Below are positions 14,637 through 28,099 of a stretch of DNA of 64,000 nt, one piece after another. The DNA lies in the NCBI GenBank assembly GCA_021613535.1, contig CP075492.1:6448001-6512000 (forward strand). Reading direction: 5' to 3'. Numbering within the stretch: position 1 is the first letter of the stretch; each line of letters starts with the position of its first letter. The translations under genes were made by a program, and so were the position numbers. This DNA comes from Adineta vaga. Taxonomy: Eukaryota; Animalia; Rotifera. The notes beneath the pieces are model-generated. The model did no database searches, had not been told where the DNA came from, and saw only the letters and a program-made list of their open reading frames with translations.

Positions 14637-15041
14637 TTAAATCGTTATAGGAGTACTTTGAATAATTTCATTGATATCATTAGGATTGATTTCTACAAGA
14701 ACTGTAATATGTTTTGGATCAGTCAGAATCGCTACATAAGTTTGACCTTCTTTTGGTTCTTTCATTTCATCATCTGCAAGAGTCGTTCGTTTATCATTCT
14801 GATTTTCAAGTTTAAACTGTAAACCTTTCGAATTTTGTTCATATTCAAATTGAGTATCATCATTTGTTTCATTTAATTCTCCATGAATAACTTGAATGTT
14901 TTCAAATGTTAATCGATAGATATTCTTTGTTTGATCAGAATCATCCATCAAACCACCTTGAATATCAAGTAATATCGCAATAAATGCTAGATCAGCTTTT
15001 GACAAATATTTAATTGCTTGTTCTTTACCTTCGGAAACCAT
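14637..15041 (-). CDS. Hypothetical acidic 134-aa protein, intronless
   Basis: Clean ORF with coding-like composition, divergent from ABCD3 across ~156 bp; no recognisable domain. Confidence 0.6.
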   Translation of the reverse strand: MVSEGKEQAIKYLSKADLAFIAILLDIQGGLMDDSDQTKNIYRLTFENIQVIHGELNETNDDTQFEYEQNSKGLQFKLENQNDKRTTLADDEMKEPKEGQTYVAILTDPKHITVLVEINPNDINEIIQSTPITI

Positions 15042-15197
15042 GAGTTTGTTTCTTCGTTAAAATAATCAAACTGAAATACAATCTTTCATGCACATTGTTA
15101 TACAAAAGAAAAGTCTTTTTCTTCTCATACAACGAACACATGATATGTTGTTCTAATTTTAGAATAGATAAATTATTTTCCTTGTTTTCTTTCAACA

Positions 15198-18100
15198 ATG
15201 GCTGGTATGAGTAAATTACCAGCAGTTTATCGTCATGGTTTTGTCTTAGGTAGGTGATTGAATTGAATATTTATTAGAAGAACGATTATTGTGTTATTTT
15301 CTTAGCATCATCCATGGCGATTTCATATTGGATGACAGTTAAATGGCTTCGTGCACGATCAAAACAGTTCGTGAATGATTTCTTTGCAATGATTTAGTAT
15401 TGAATTTTATTGTGAATTTAGATTATTAGCAAAAGATGTCAATTCATCGATGAAATCTGTAAGTTTTCGAATATCGAAGAAGAAAAATAAACGAATAAGT
15501 ATTGAATTACAATTTTAGCATTTAGCAAAGAAAGATCAAAATGTTGCTGTTGACAAACAATTTTTTCGGTACATAAACTTCTAAAAGAAATTTCTTTCAA
15601 TATGATTTCGTTTAGAAACCTTCTTATGCTAATCAAAATTCTCATTCCAAAAGTTTTCTGTGGCGAAGTAAAACATTCTTCAATAAAATCTCTCTCTCTT
15701 CCAACATGCGAACGATTCTTTTTAGAGTCTTTTTCTTGCTCTTGTTGCTGTTTCACTTGTCGCACGTACATATGCTGATGTATGGATGATTAAAAATAGT
15801 ACATCGGTCGAAAGTGCGATTATCGGACGAAATACAACTTTATTCAAAGAATATCTTGCACGCTTTGCTTATGCAATGCCATTGGTAAGAACTCTACAGA
15901 TTCGTTTTCATCTCAAATGTTTTTCCTTCCATCTTTTAGATCGCATTTGTTAACAATGCTCTTCGAGTAAATCTATTGAACGTTTAAACATGTATATATA
16001 TACAATGAACTAGTCATTTGATTTTTTTTGTCTAGTATACTCTTGAAGAATTAAAATTACGTTTTCGAAAACGTTTATCTCTACATCTATATGATCAATA
16101 TCTTAAGTAAGATATTTATTTGAATTTAAATTTCAAAAAGTTCATTTGTTTTTTTTTGAAGAGGATTTACTTATTATCAAGTGAATACACTCGATAGTCG
16201 AATTACCAATATTGATCAATTATTAACACAAGATGTGGAAAAATTCTGTACTAGTGTTGCTGATCTTTATACAAATATATCGAAAGTAATTGAAAAATGA
16301 ACTATTAATTTTTTTCACTTTAAACTTTTGTCTTTAGCCGTTTTTGGATATTATTATTTATGCAAGAAAACTCTCAGGATCGATTGGTCCTGGTGGACCA
16401 TCATTATTAGTTCTTTATCTAGTTTGTTCCGGTCTTGTTTTAACAAGGTAAAAGTCGAAGAAATTTTTATAAACTAATTAGTTATTAATTTTGAATAGAT
16501 TACGTCGTCCTATTGGACGTATGACCGTTGCCGAACAACAATTCGAAGGAGAATTTCGATATGTTAATTCACGATTAATAACTAATTGTGAAGAAATTGC
16601 ATTTTATAATGGTAGTCGTCGAGAGAAAATGATTATTCGTGATGGGTTTGAACGATTGGTAAACTTCATTATTCTATTGAATGAAAATCAGAATCATTTG
16701 TTTGTTTGTTTTTTCGTTTAGATTAAACATTTAAGGAGTTTAATTATTTTTCGATTAGTTATGGGTTGTATTGATAGTGTTGTTGCTAAATGTAAGTAGA
16801 ACTTGAGTTTCTTATTGAATGTTTCTTTATATCAAAATAATTGATTATGATCATTTAGATGTATCAACATGTGTTGGATATTATGTCGTTAGTCGACCAT
16901 TTTTGGATCCAAATAATACTAGACATGCAAATAGTTCATATAATGAAGTTTTAGAAGTAAGCAATTTGATAAATGATTGGATTTTTGATAGAATATTTTT
17001 CATAGGATTATTATTCTTCGGGTCGAATGCTCATGAGACTTGCTGAAGGTATGTTTTATCTGATCTTGAATGCATTAGTGTAACTTTCTTTTCTTTTCTT
17101 TTCGTTTAGCTGTTGGACGTTTGGTAAGAGTTATACGGTATCATTGATTGATTGATTGATTGAAAGATGATTAATTATAGGTTCTTGCTGGTCGTGAACT
17201 AACAAAATTAGCTGGGTAAGAATCTTGAATATGACATTGAATTTCAATCCCTAGTCTTTTCTGTTTTCTTAGTTTTACTACACGTGTGACTGATTTGATT
17301 GGTGTTTTATCTGATGTAAATAAAGGCAATTGTGTTCGTACTGGAATTAATAATACTACAATTGCTAAGCGACATGATGAAGGACAAATTCGTACACAAG
17401 ATGGAATTATAAAGTATATGACAAAAAACAAAGATTTTCTCTGTTATAATCAATTGTTTTATTGTAATTTAGATTTGAAAATGTTAAACTTATGACTCCG
17501 AATGGTAAGAAATCTTTCTATTCATTAAACTTGTTCGATAATATTTAATTACAGGTGATGTTCTAATTGAAAATCTCAATTTCACAGTTCGATCTGGTCA
17601 AAATGTAATTGTAGTTGGACCAAATGGATGTGGAAAATCAAGTTTATTTCGTACTATTGGCGAAGTAAACATCTCTTTCTCAAAACAATTTCATTTCTCT
17701 ACATTTATTTTTCCGATTAGTTATGGCCGATTGCTAGTGGTACTTTAACAAAACCAGGCAGTGGTCATCTTTTCTATATTCCACAAAAACCATACATGAC
17801 AATCGGTACATTACGTGATCAAATTATTTATCCTGATTCACATGGTGATATGCGTCGAAAAGGAATTAAAGATGAAAACTTACATGAACTATTGGATAAA
17901 GTTCAATTAACTTATTTAACGCAACGCGAAGGAGGTTTCAATGGGGTACAAGATTGGATGGATGTACTTTCAGGTGGAGAAAAACAACGTATTGCGGTAA
18001 GAAGAAATTTTCAATCTAACAAATGAATTTCTATTTTTTTTTCTTTAGATGGCACGTTTATTTTATCATAAACCTCAATTTGCTATACTTGATGAATGTA

Positions 18101-18394
18101 CAAGTGCAGTTTCTGTTGATGTCGAAGGATTTATGTATGAATATTGTCGAAATGTAAGTTTTTCAAAAGATAACTAAAGATAAACGTATGATATATTTTC
18201 AGGCCGGTATTACTTTATTTACTGTTTCACATCGAAAAAGTCTATGGAAATATCATGAAGTAAGAGAAACTTTTATCTTTATTTGCTTAAAAATTATCAT
18301 GTATTTATTTTTCTAGTATTGCTTATATATGGATGGTCGTGGAGATTATTCATACAAGAAAATCGATGAAAACACTTCAGAATTTGGATCATAG
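15198..18394 (+). CDS. ABCD3: Peroxisomal ABC half-transporter ABCD3/PMP70 (many small exons)
   Basis: [34 protein letters not shown] (EAA motif), [16 protein letters not shown], Walker [60 protein letters not shown]; ends EFGS*. Confidence 0.95.
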
Positions 18395-19270
18395 ACAAAA
18401 CTCGATATATTTTAGTGTTTTGTTTTATCTGTGATTGTATTTGGAAAAACGGGAAAAGAAACCAAGTCATTTTAATAAATATCAAAAGTTTTTAGACTTA
18501 ATCAGAATAGAAAAACTTGAATGTTTCTCATGATGTTTAAAAGATCTGGATTTCTAATAAAGAAAAAAACTTTCGTTGATAGAAAATCTGACAGGTCAAG
18601 CATATGTTTGTCTAGTAATTGTTGACGGAAACAGAAAAAAGGATGATAAAGTCAGCTTTCTCTAATATTTCAAGATGGATTAATAACATATATCATAATA
18701 TTGACAGAACATTATTGATTGTGAAACTAAAAATCAAACATCCATCATTCTTATATTCTCATAGCATATTTTCAACATGTAGCTATAAATGTCGGTTTTT
18801 TTCTGTTTGAATAGCTTATCAATGTATACTTCCGCATTCAATATATGAATAATACGAGAGAAAGAAAAAGACTCAGTGTATCTGATAATGAAATAGTTGA
18901 TGTGAATTTATCGAGCTTAAATTTGCTTGGTTATCGACAACTTGATGCGTTGTTTTACCTTTCGTCGAAAATAAAAACTCATTCGGATCTTTTCAATTCA
19001 GCAAAATAACAAACCATATGTTTGTTTGCGTCATTTAAATGAATATTAAATTTGTTTTAATATGTTTTTCTTCCAGATATTTCAAATAGATTAATTAATA
19101 TTAACAGAAGGTAAATATTTTCCTGGAACAAAAAAGTACGTAGGGTTAGAACATCTCAAAACATTTGCATATATAAACCGATTATATATAAATGAGAACA
19201 ATGATTTGCACTTTTTTTCTCTTCAATATCGAATATTAAATTTACTCAGTAATACGTGTTGAGATTACAA

Positions 19271-22200
19271 ATGAATAAAATACATCATTCTGATTCACTG
19301 GGAAACAGCGCATCAGGAACAAGACCAAGTAACTATCGTCTTATGACTAAGATCAATATCTATATATTTCGAAATAACCTATTCACATTATTCTCTTGTT
19401 CTTAGACTCTTCAGAAGTAAATCGTAACGAAGAACATGCAATGGCTTTCTCATCAAAATCTCACCCATATAATCCATACGGCGTCAATGCTTATCCAATG
19501 ACGGATATGTCAACGAATCGTCAATCGTTAACGAAAGGTGAATATGCACCAATTGGTTCATCTCGAAAATTAAATCTATTACTTCAACGTTCACTTCGAT
19601 ATTCCTATCGACAACGATGTTGTGGATGTTGTCCAACCATTCTTTGTGAATTATTATTTCCATTGATTCTAATTGGATTATTAGCATTAACACGTTATGG
19701 AACGAATGCATTAATTCGTGAAATGAATGACAATCCTGGAACAGTTCCGAGAAATTTTGATCGTGCTCTTTGTCCACAACATTCAAAGGATATTAATACA
19801 AGTTTATCTGAAGATTTATTTGCTAAATGTTTTCAATTTCCACCAAGTTATAAAGGACGACAATGGGAATACGTATCATCACAAATAGTATCGAATAAAA
19901 CGAATTTTATCTTTCGACCAATTACAAATGATACCAATGAACTTGTAAAACTTGCTCAACAACGTTTGTTAAATATGGCTTGTGGAGATACTTATGTTCA
20001 GTACGTGTATCTAGAATTAATTGAGTAGAAGAAATCGAATTGTTTTTCTTTCTTTTCACAGAAGTCAAGATAGTAATAATGGTAATGATAGTTATCTATT
20101 ACAAAATACAACAGTCAATTCAATTATTATTGATTTTGATTCTGCAAATACTCTAAGAACTGAACGTCATCTTGCTTGTAAATAAAAACATTTTCTTTAC
20201 AGAGAAATGATCGAACGAATAATATTCATTTTTCAGATGATATCACGGTTCGTATGCCAAATGTTAGTGTTCAAAATGATCCAGTTGATTTTTCATTCAT
20301 ATCATTTTTACATCCAAGTAAATTGTAATTTATTGAAAAGGTTGAGAATATGTTTTTTTTTGTCTTATTTAGCATATATTGCTGATCGAGCAAATGTAAC
20401 TGATAGTAAAAAAGCTGAAGGTTCAGAATTACCGGAATTTATCGATGTAAAAATGTTCATTGATTCATTATTGATGGCTTATCAAACGGGTAAAACGGTT
20501 GATTTGGAATTAGAACGAAGTCCAATGAGATGTACACCGTTTCGTCGAGATTTTCTTTTCGGTAGGAAAGAAAACATATCTTATTTAATATGGAATTTGT
20601 TTTTTTCGTAGAATCGGGTCCAATTTTAGTGACATTAACATTACTTTTTGTGGATTTCGTGTTTTTTATACCGTAAGACAAATTTCAAATCTTCCAAATG
20701 AAATATCATTTTAAAATTTTAGATATTTAATTCTTCTCGTCAGTTTAATTCGAGAGAAGAATGCGAAAGTTAAAGAAATTCTCAAAGTACTTGGAATAGA
20801 ACCGATTTTAAATAACATTGCTCAAGGAATTCGGTAAGATTTCTTCTTGATTTGTTATCAGATTATTCATACATTTCTTTAGAACATTGATCATTCTCTG
20901 TATATTATCTCTTCTACTATGTATCATATTTAAATTAAAATTAAAACCCGATGCGTATTTCAATACAGTTAATTTCGGTATTCTCTTCATTGGTTATCTC
21001 ATATTCGGTCTTCAAATGATTTCCTTTTGCATTATGAATGCACAAATATTTGATAAAAATGTTCGTGCTGTATTGGCGAATTTATTCATTTATCTTGTAT
21101 CGATCATTGTATTTCCCAATATTCTTCTATGGCCAACAGCAATTCAATATGTTTTAATCTTTTTTAGTCCATATATTGCTGGACATTCACTTTTTCAAGT
21201 AGGAAATTTCTTATGTTTAAAGAAACGTGTTTTTTTTTCATTGTTTGATTTCTTCTAGCAAGCGATTTTACATGATTTAGCAAATAAAGATGTGGCATTA
21301 TTTCGAACGATCTATCGTTTTGTACCAATGTATTTTCCAACATTGATTGTAATGATATTTAGTTGTCTATTCTACTGGTGTTTATCTTGGTATTTGGAAA
21401 AGGTTTTTCCAGGTAAGTGAAAAATAATGAAAGATTACAAAACAAGATAACTTACTATAGGTGAATATGGAATCCCACTTGATTGGAATTTTCTCTTTAA
21501 ACGAGATTATTGGCGTTCAGAAAGAACTTCTGATGATATCGAATCAATATCAAAACCATCGACATCGACAACACGAAGACATTCTGTGGGTACACCAATT
21601 GTTCATGTCAATCATTTAGTGAAAAAATTTGGTCCAGATAAAATTGCTGTTAACGATGTTTCCTTTGATTTATATGAAAATCAAATAACTTCATTACTTG
21701 GTCCAAATGGTTCAGGTAAAACAACAATATTTAATTGTTTAATTGGTATATATAAACAAACATCGGGTACAATAACAATTGAAAGTGAAGAAGGTATGAA
21801 TTGTGATACACGAACAAATATGGATATTTTACGAAGATCAATGGGTTATTGTCCTCAACATGATATTCTTTTTGATTTATTAACAATAAAAGAACAATTA
21901 GAGTTCTATGCAGTAGCTCGTGGTTTTGGAAAAAACAAACAACAAATTGCACAAGAAATGCTTCGTTTAGTTAATCTTGAAGGATCACAATTTCTGTATT
22001 GTAATTCATTATCTGGTGGAATGAAACGACGTTTGTCATTAGCTTGTGCTTTTGTTGGTGACACGAAAATTGTTCTTCTTGATGAAGTAATTCTTTCTTT
22101 CTTTCTTTCTTTTGAATTAAAAAATCGGACCTTCTTGAATTTCCATTTTAGCCATCAAGTGGACTTGATCCATCAAATCGTCGTTTATTATGGGATTGGT

Positions 22201-25200
22201 TACGTACAATGAAAGAAGGTAAAACACTTTTATTAACAACACATTTTATGGAAGAAAGTGATGCCTTATCCGATCGTATTATGATTATTGCTAATGGAAA
22301 TATCAAAGCCGATGGTACATCAGCAAGATTAAAAGAACAATATGGATCAGGTAAATAGTTTTCTTTATCTATTTACAGAAATGAAACGATTAACGATTGA
22401 TTTTAGGTTATAAATTAGTTATCAATAAACAAAGCAATTGTCCTACGGCAGATCTCAAAAAGGAATTACGTACTTATTTACCAAAATTAAAAGTCGAAAC
22501 CGATGTGACAAGTGGTGATGTCGTTTTTCGTACGAATCAACAGCCGAATGAACAATTTGTTCAAGCATTACGGCATTTGGAAGTGATGAAAGAAGAAAAT
22601 CGAATTAAAAACTATGGCGTTCAGAATAGTACAATGGATGATGTATTTCTCAAAATTACAAGAGAAGAAAAAGTTCGAAATGCAGGAGAATCAGCATCAT
22701 CACTTGATGTCGATACGATCGGTAAGTTATTCATTTAAAATCGTAATTTTGGAAATTTTTTTCTTTCTCAGGACGACAATGTGAAACTGTTTTTAATGAA
22801 CAATATTTTCATACTGGTATTGCTTACTATTTCAGTCAATACAATGGATTATTCTGGAAAACCTTACTTGTACGTTATCGTCGTTGGGCATTAACATTAA
22901 TTATACTCTTATTACCAATTCTATACAATCTCTTATCACATTTAATATCTCGTAGTCGAAATGAAATGGGCATCTTTCGAATGAATATGAATTCTCTCAA
23001 TCCACAAACAATTTTCTATCATACAGATGAAAGTATTGAAGATTATTTTCGGGCATCAACTTCAGGTGCAAAACTTGAACAAGGATCAGAAAACATCACG
23101 GAAATGAATGAAAATATTTGGCGTAAGTTTGTTTTTTTCTTTCTTTGACAATACATTTGATTTATTCGTTTTAGAAAAACGAATGGATCGTCCGTATACA
23201 TATACAGATGTTTATCTTGGTTTTAATATTCCTAAACCAAATGGAAATAAATACAAAATTCAATCTTTATCATCGAATTTAATATCAAGTCATGAAATTG
23301 TATCTGTCGCATCGAATACATTCTATAAATATCTTTTAAATGATACAAGTGCATCAATTCAATCAACATTAGTCTATAAAAAAACAGAAAATTTTAGTGA
23401 ACAACGATCGGTTGGTGAATTGTTCAATTTCATAACAACTGTTGCATCATGTTTTCTCAAATTAATACCAACATCTCTCTTATTTGATGTGTATGTTATA
23501 ACAAAACTGAATAATTATCTCCGAAAAATTATTCTTGAATTTTATTTAGATTTTTATTTTATATTTTATTCTTCTATACAACAGTATTTCTAATCAGTGA
23601 AAGAAAAGATAGTTTCTTGTCGTTATTGAATATCAGTGGTTTACAGTAAGTTGTCATTTATAGATCAATTGAATAACATCGGTATAATATATATTCTAGT
23701 CCTGCATCATATTGGCTATTTAGCTATATTTGTGATATACTCATATCTATTGTATGGTTTTGTTATTTACTTGCTATTTATTGTATATTTCATTTGATTT
23801 TCGATGGTTTACCAAACAAAAATAGTCAACTTGATCAATTGAATTTATTTGAATTTCTTAGTTCATGGGATTTACGAGTTTATTTTTATCCACTAGCAAT
23901 TTTAATTGCAATACCAACATTACCATTTGCTTATCTATTAACAAAACTTTTTCGAAGCGACATTCTTGTATGTATACTTTGAATTGAACAAATAATCATC
24001 TGTTCTTTTTTTATCATATATTTATTTTCTAGGGTGGTATAACAATATGTTTTATTCTCATCATTCTTCATTTTGTTAGTATTATTGTTCCAATTGTTAT
24101 GATGATTGTGAAGAGTACATCTATTCGAAGTCTTTTATATTGGTTATTTAATACTCTCTTTCCAAGTATAAATGCGCAAGTCATCGTTGCCGATATTCTT
24201 GCAAAGCAAAGTAAGTTTTGTACTGGCCCAGTACTTTTATTGACGTCGGATGAATCATTCTTTACATCAATTGGTAATGACACAATGATTTGGAATTATG
24301 TGATATTAGTTATACATACAGTATTATTATTGGCAATCTTAATTATTATTGATAGTGGACTGTTACAATTTTCATTTTCATGTTTATATAAATCGACATT
24401 TGATGAAAATACATTGGATGGCGATGTTTTAGCTGAACGTCACCGAATATTAGGATCACAAACTCATACACTCGAAGATGAAGAAGAAGTCGATCATTTA
24501 ACAGTGAATGATCTTGTTAAATATTATCCAATGAGAAAAGTTTTAGCAGTTAATCATTTGACATTTGGTGCACGGCGTGGTGAAGCATTTGGTTTACTTG
24601 GTTATAATGTAAGTTTTAGATTTTCTACTTGATTTATTCTTTCATATATATATATATATTCAAAGGGTGCCGGAAAAACAACAACATTTCGTGTTGTTGT
24701 CGGTGATTTAACGGCAACACAAGGTACTGCTTATATTAATGGACAAAATGTTCGTCGTCGTATAAGATCGACTCGTCATCTTGGTTATTGTCCACAACAA
24801 GATTGTAGTATGGACTTTCTAACTGTTCGAGATAGTCTTTATTTATTAGCACGTATTCGTGGTGTTCAATCTGTACGTTTACAAACGATTGTTGAGACGA
24901 TGAGTTCATTGTTTTTACTTGATCCATTCTTGAATAATTATATTCATCAATTAAGTGGTGGAACGAAACGTCGATTACATGCCGCAATTGCTTTAATTGG
25001 TAATATTGAAAATGTGAAATCGATTTTTAGTGAATTTTTGTTTGTATTTAGGACCACCTCTAGTGTCAATTCTTGATGAACCAACCACAGGTGTAGATCC
25101 AGATGCAAGACAACAGATGCAAGAAATCTTTTTAAATGCAGTTAAAGCAAAATTAACCATTATTTTAACAAGTCATTCCATGGATGAATGGTAAAGAATC

Positions 25201-25626
25201 TTCGATATTATCGAAACATATTTCTTTTGTTTTTGTTTAAATTCTAGTGAACGTGTTTGTAATCGTCTTGGTATAATGGTTAGTGGTCAATTAGCTTGTT
25301 TAGGTACGATACAACATTTAAAATCAAAATTTGGTCAAGGTTATACAATTGAAATCAAAGTTCGTTCAAATTTTGGTGATCCAAATGTCGCACCTATAGA
25401 AAATATTCAACGATTTCTTTTATCTCAGCGAAAATTGAAAGTTGAAGTGAAAGAAACAACACATTCAACAGGTATATTTCAAATTGGTGAAAGTACACCG
25501 GCTGAATTATTTCAATTACTTGAAGAAAATAAACAACAATTAAATGTTGAAACTTATACAATATCTCAAACAACACTCGAACAGATATTTTTATCATTTG
25601 GTAAACAAATACGTACAACTTCATAG
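19271..25626 (+). CDS. ABCA-subfamily full-length lipid transporter (multi-exon)
   Basis: Two TMD-NBD halves. NBD1: GPNGSGKTT, GYCPQHDIL, LSGGMKRRLS, LLDEPSSGLDP. NBD2: GLLGYN|GAGKTT, LSGGTKRRL, LDEPTTGVDP, SHSMDEC. Also PGEYGIP and C-terminal ISQTTLEQIFL. Confidence 0.95.
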
Positions 25627-25702
25627 AACTTAATATTTAACTGATATTTTAAAAGAATAAGTCACCGCTTCTTTTTTCTTTCATGTAATTATTGAAAAAT
25701 CT

Positions 25703-26194
25703 TTATTCCCCGAATAAAACTAATTCATAATCAACACATTTCTTTGGAGGAATTTTTAAACGCTCATAAACTTTTTGTGCGGAAAGATTTTCCGATGCTG
25801 TTTGCCATATCATTGAACGAATATCATTTTGTTGACGAGCCTGATCTTGACATGCTCGAAGTAAAGAACCACCAACACCTAAACCACGTGCATCTGGTGT
25901 CACATATAAATCACTTAGAAGTGCTTGTCGACCTGGATAGGGTAGGAATGTCCATGACCAAAAGAGTGATGCAAATCCAATTGCTTGATGATTTTCATCT
26001 GTATTCTTTCGTGCTAGTAGATAAATACCTTGTCCTTGAGGATCTTTCACAATAGTATGACAAAGTGTACGAAGATCTTCAGTACTTGGTTTTGCAACAT
26101 GTGGTTCATCAGAATCATCACAATATGCACGCATAAGTAAAATCAATTCTTCTATGTCTGATTCATCAGCGACACGTATGGTAATTGCGGACAT
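25703..26194 (-). CDS. GNAT-family N-acetyltransferase A (bacterial-type, intronless)
   Basis: Motif A LSDLYVTPDARGLGVGGSLL; WQTASENLSAQKVYERL; paralogous to the gene at 26340. Confidence 0.9.
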   Translation of the reverse strand: MSAITIRVADESDIEELILLMRAYCDDSDEPHVAKPSTEDLRTLCHTIVKDPQGQGIYLLARKNTDENHQAIGFASLFWSWTFLPYPGRQALLSDLYVTPDARGLGVGGSLLRACQDQARQQNDIRSMIWQTASENLSAQKVYERLKIPPKKCVDYELVLFGE

Positions 26195-26339
26195 CTTTTA
26201 TGAAACACTATGTATTGACTCTCTTCTTATCGCATACATGCCCGACATAGAAAACAAGAGAACAGAAAAGAAAAGAAGAAAAAAACAAAGCTTAAAGCTT
26301 GTTTTTCTGATATTTATTTATCATTTGGAAAGAAAAAAC

Positions 26340-26834
26340 ATGTCGACGCCAGCAGTTAAATCACAATGTTCTATTGATCTTGTGAATGAAAATGATTTAC
26401 CTGATTTATTACCATTATTACGAGCTTATTGTGAATTTTATAATCAAACTGAACATATTCCATTGGCTGGTGATGAAGCTCTCATGTCTGTATCACGAGC
26501 ACTTCTAGCCAATCCAAATCAAGAAGGTATTCAACTTCTTGCTCGTGATAGTAACGATCGAACAGCAATTGGTTTTGCAACAGTTTTTTGGACTTGGTCA
26601 ACATTAAAAGGAGGTCGTTTGGCAATTATGAATGATCTTTATGTAAAAGAAAACTATCGAGGACAAGGTATTGCAGATTTGTTGATAAGTGAATGTGCAC
26701 GACGAGCACGTGAACATGGAGATTTGTGTTTAACATGGCAAACATCAGTTGATAATAAACGTGCTCAAACTGTTTATAACAGAAGTGGAGCATTCAAAAG
26801 TGATCGTTGGCTTGATTATTATCTAAAATTATAG
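26340..26834 (+). CDS. GNAT-family N-acetyltransferase B (bacterial-type, intronless)
   Basis: Motif A MNDLYVKENYRGQGIADLLI; WQTSVDNKRAQTVYNR. Likely start is ATG 26340 (MSTPAVK); the longer ORF from 26154 overlaps GNAT A on the antisense strand. Confidence 0.9.
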   Translation: MSTPAVKSQCSIDLVNENDLPDLLPLLRAYCEFYNQTEHIPLAGDEALMSVSRALLANPNQEGIQLLARDSNDRTAIGFATVFWTWSTLKGGRLAIMNDLYVKENYRGQGIADLLISECARRAREHGDLCLTWQTSVDNKRAQTVYNRSGAFKSDRWLDYYLKL

Positions 26835-26937
26835 AATTCAATTTTAGTACAGGAAAACATCTAATAAAAAAACAAAAACAAGCCGAATTTGAATGATTTT
26901 TCGGTGCTACTTACTCGTTTGTTCTCTTTTAGATAGA

Positions 26938-27973
26938 ATGATTTGTTCAGAATCGATCGAATTTTTAACTATACTTTCTGTTTTTACTCTGTTTCTATTT
27001 TCACCAATTATAACAATAATTCTTTTTATTGGTCTATCATGGTTTTGGTCATTGTCGATGACTTTATTTCTTCTTCTACTGTATGCTTCTTGGATGTATT
27101 TTGATCGTAATATCGATTCTCAAGGTGGTCGTTGGTCTGAACGATTACGTCGATCACCTATTTGTACCAATTTTACAAATTATTTTCCTTTAAAACTAAT
27201 CAAAACAGAGGATCTTGATTCCAATCGAAATTATATCTTTGGATTTCATCCACATGGATCTTTTAGTTTCGGAGCTTTGGGTAACTTTGGTACTGAAGCA
27301 ACAGGCTTTTCTACTCTTTTTCCGAGTATTCGTCCACATTTGATGCTTCTTCATCTACAATTTCTCTTTCCCTTTACGCGAGAAATTTTATTAAGATTAG
27401 GTGCATGTTGTGTATCGAAAGAAAGTTGTGAATATTTCCTTAATGGAAATCAAGGTAAAGGTCATGCGTTAGTAATTGTCATTGGAGGCGCACGTGAAAT
27501 GTATCTGACAGAAAATGATACGATGAAATTGTATTTGAAGAAAAGAAAAGGTTTTGTTACATTAGCATTAAAACATGGGTAGGTTTGATCCTTGTTTTTG
27601 AACGATTGAACAAGAATATCGAACCTTTAGAGCATCCCTGGTACCCGTAATATCATTTGGTGAAAATGAATTGTATCAACGAACGAACTGTTTTAATTTA
27701 ATTCCAAATGGAATTGTTTGGGGTCGATTTCTCTTCGGACATATTCCACTTCGACGTCCTGTTTTTACTGTTGGTAAGAGAAATTCATTGAATCAAGATT
27801 AGAATACATATTTATTTCTAGTTGGTAAACCTATTCATGTCAATCAAAATGTCAATCCATCGATCGAAGATATAGATCAACTTCATCATGAATATATCCA
27901 AGCTGTCGATGAGTTATTTGAGATGAATAAAACTAAATATGGTTTAGGACATGTTAAACTAGAGATTATTTAA
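26938..27973 (+). CDS. Diacylglycerol/monoacylglycerol O-acyltransferase (DGAT2/MOGAT family), 3 exons
   Basis: YFPLKLIKT, YIFGFHPHG (catalytic HPHG), GGAREM, RKGFVTLALKHG|ASLVPVISFGENELY, VGKPIHV; N-terminal TM segment. Confidence 0.93.
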
Positions 27974-28099
27974 TATCTATCAATTCTTCTTATCATTTAA
28001 CCTGAAGAACTTGAAGAACATTTAAATGTCAATGATAGAACGAGTCAAAGTTTTCGACATTTACTTTCTTTTTTTAAATTGGTGTCAATATAAGAAAAT

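Noticed and set aside
26154-26339. N-terminal extension of the GNAT B ORF
   Set aside because: Overlaps GNAT A antisense and an A-rich spacer; homology to the paralog starts only after ATG 26340.
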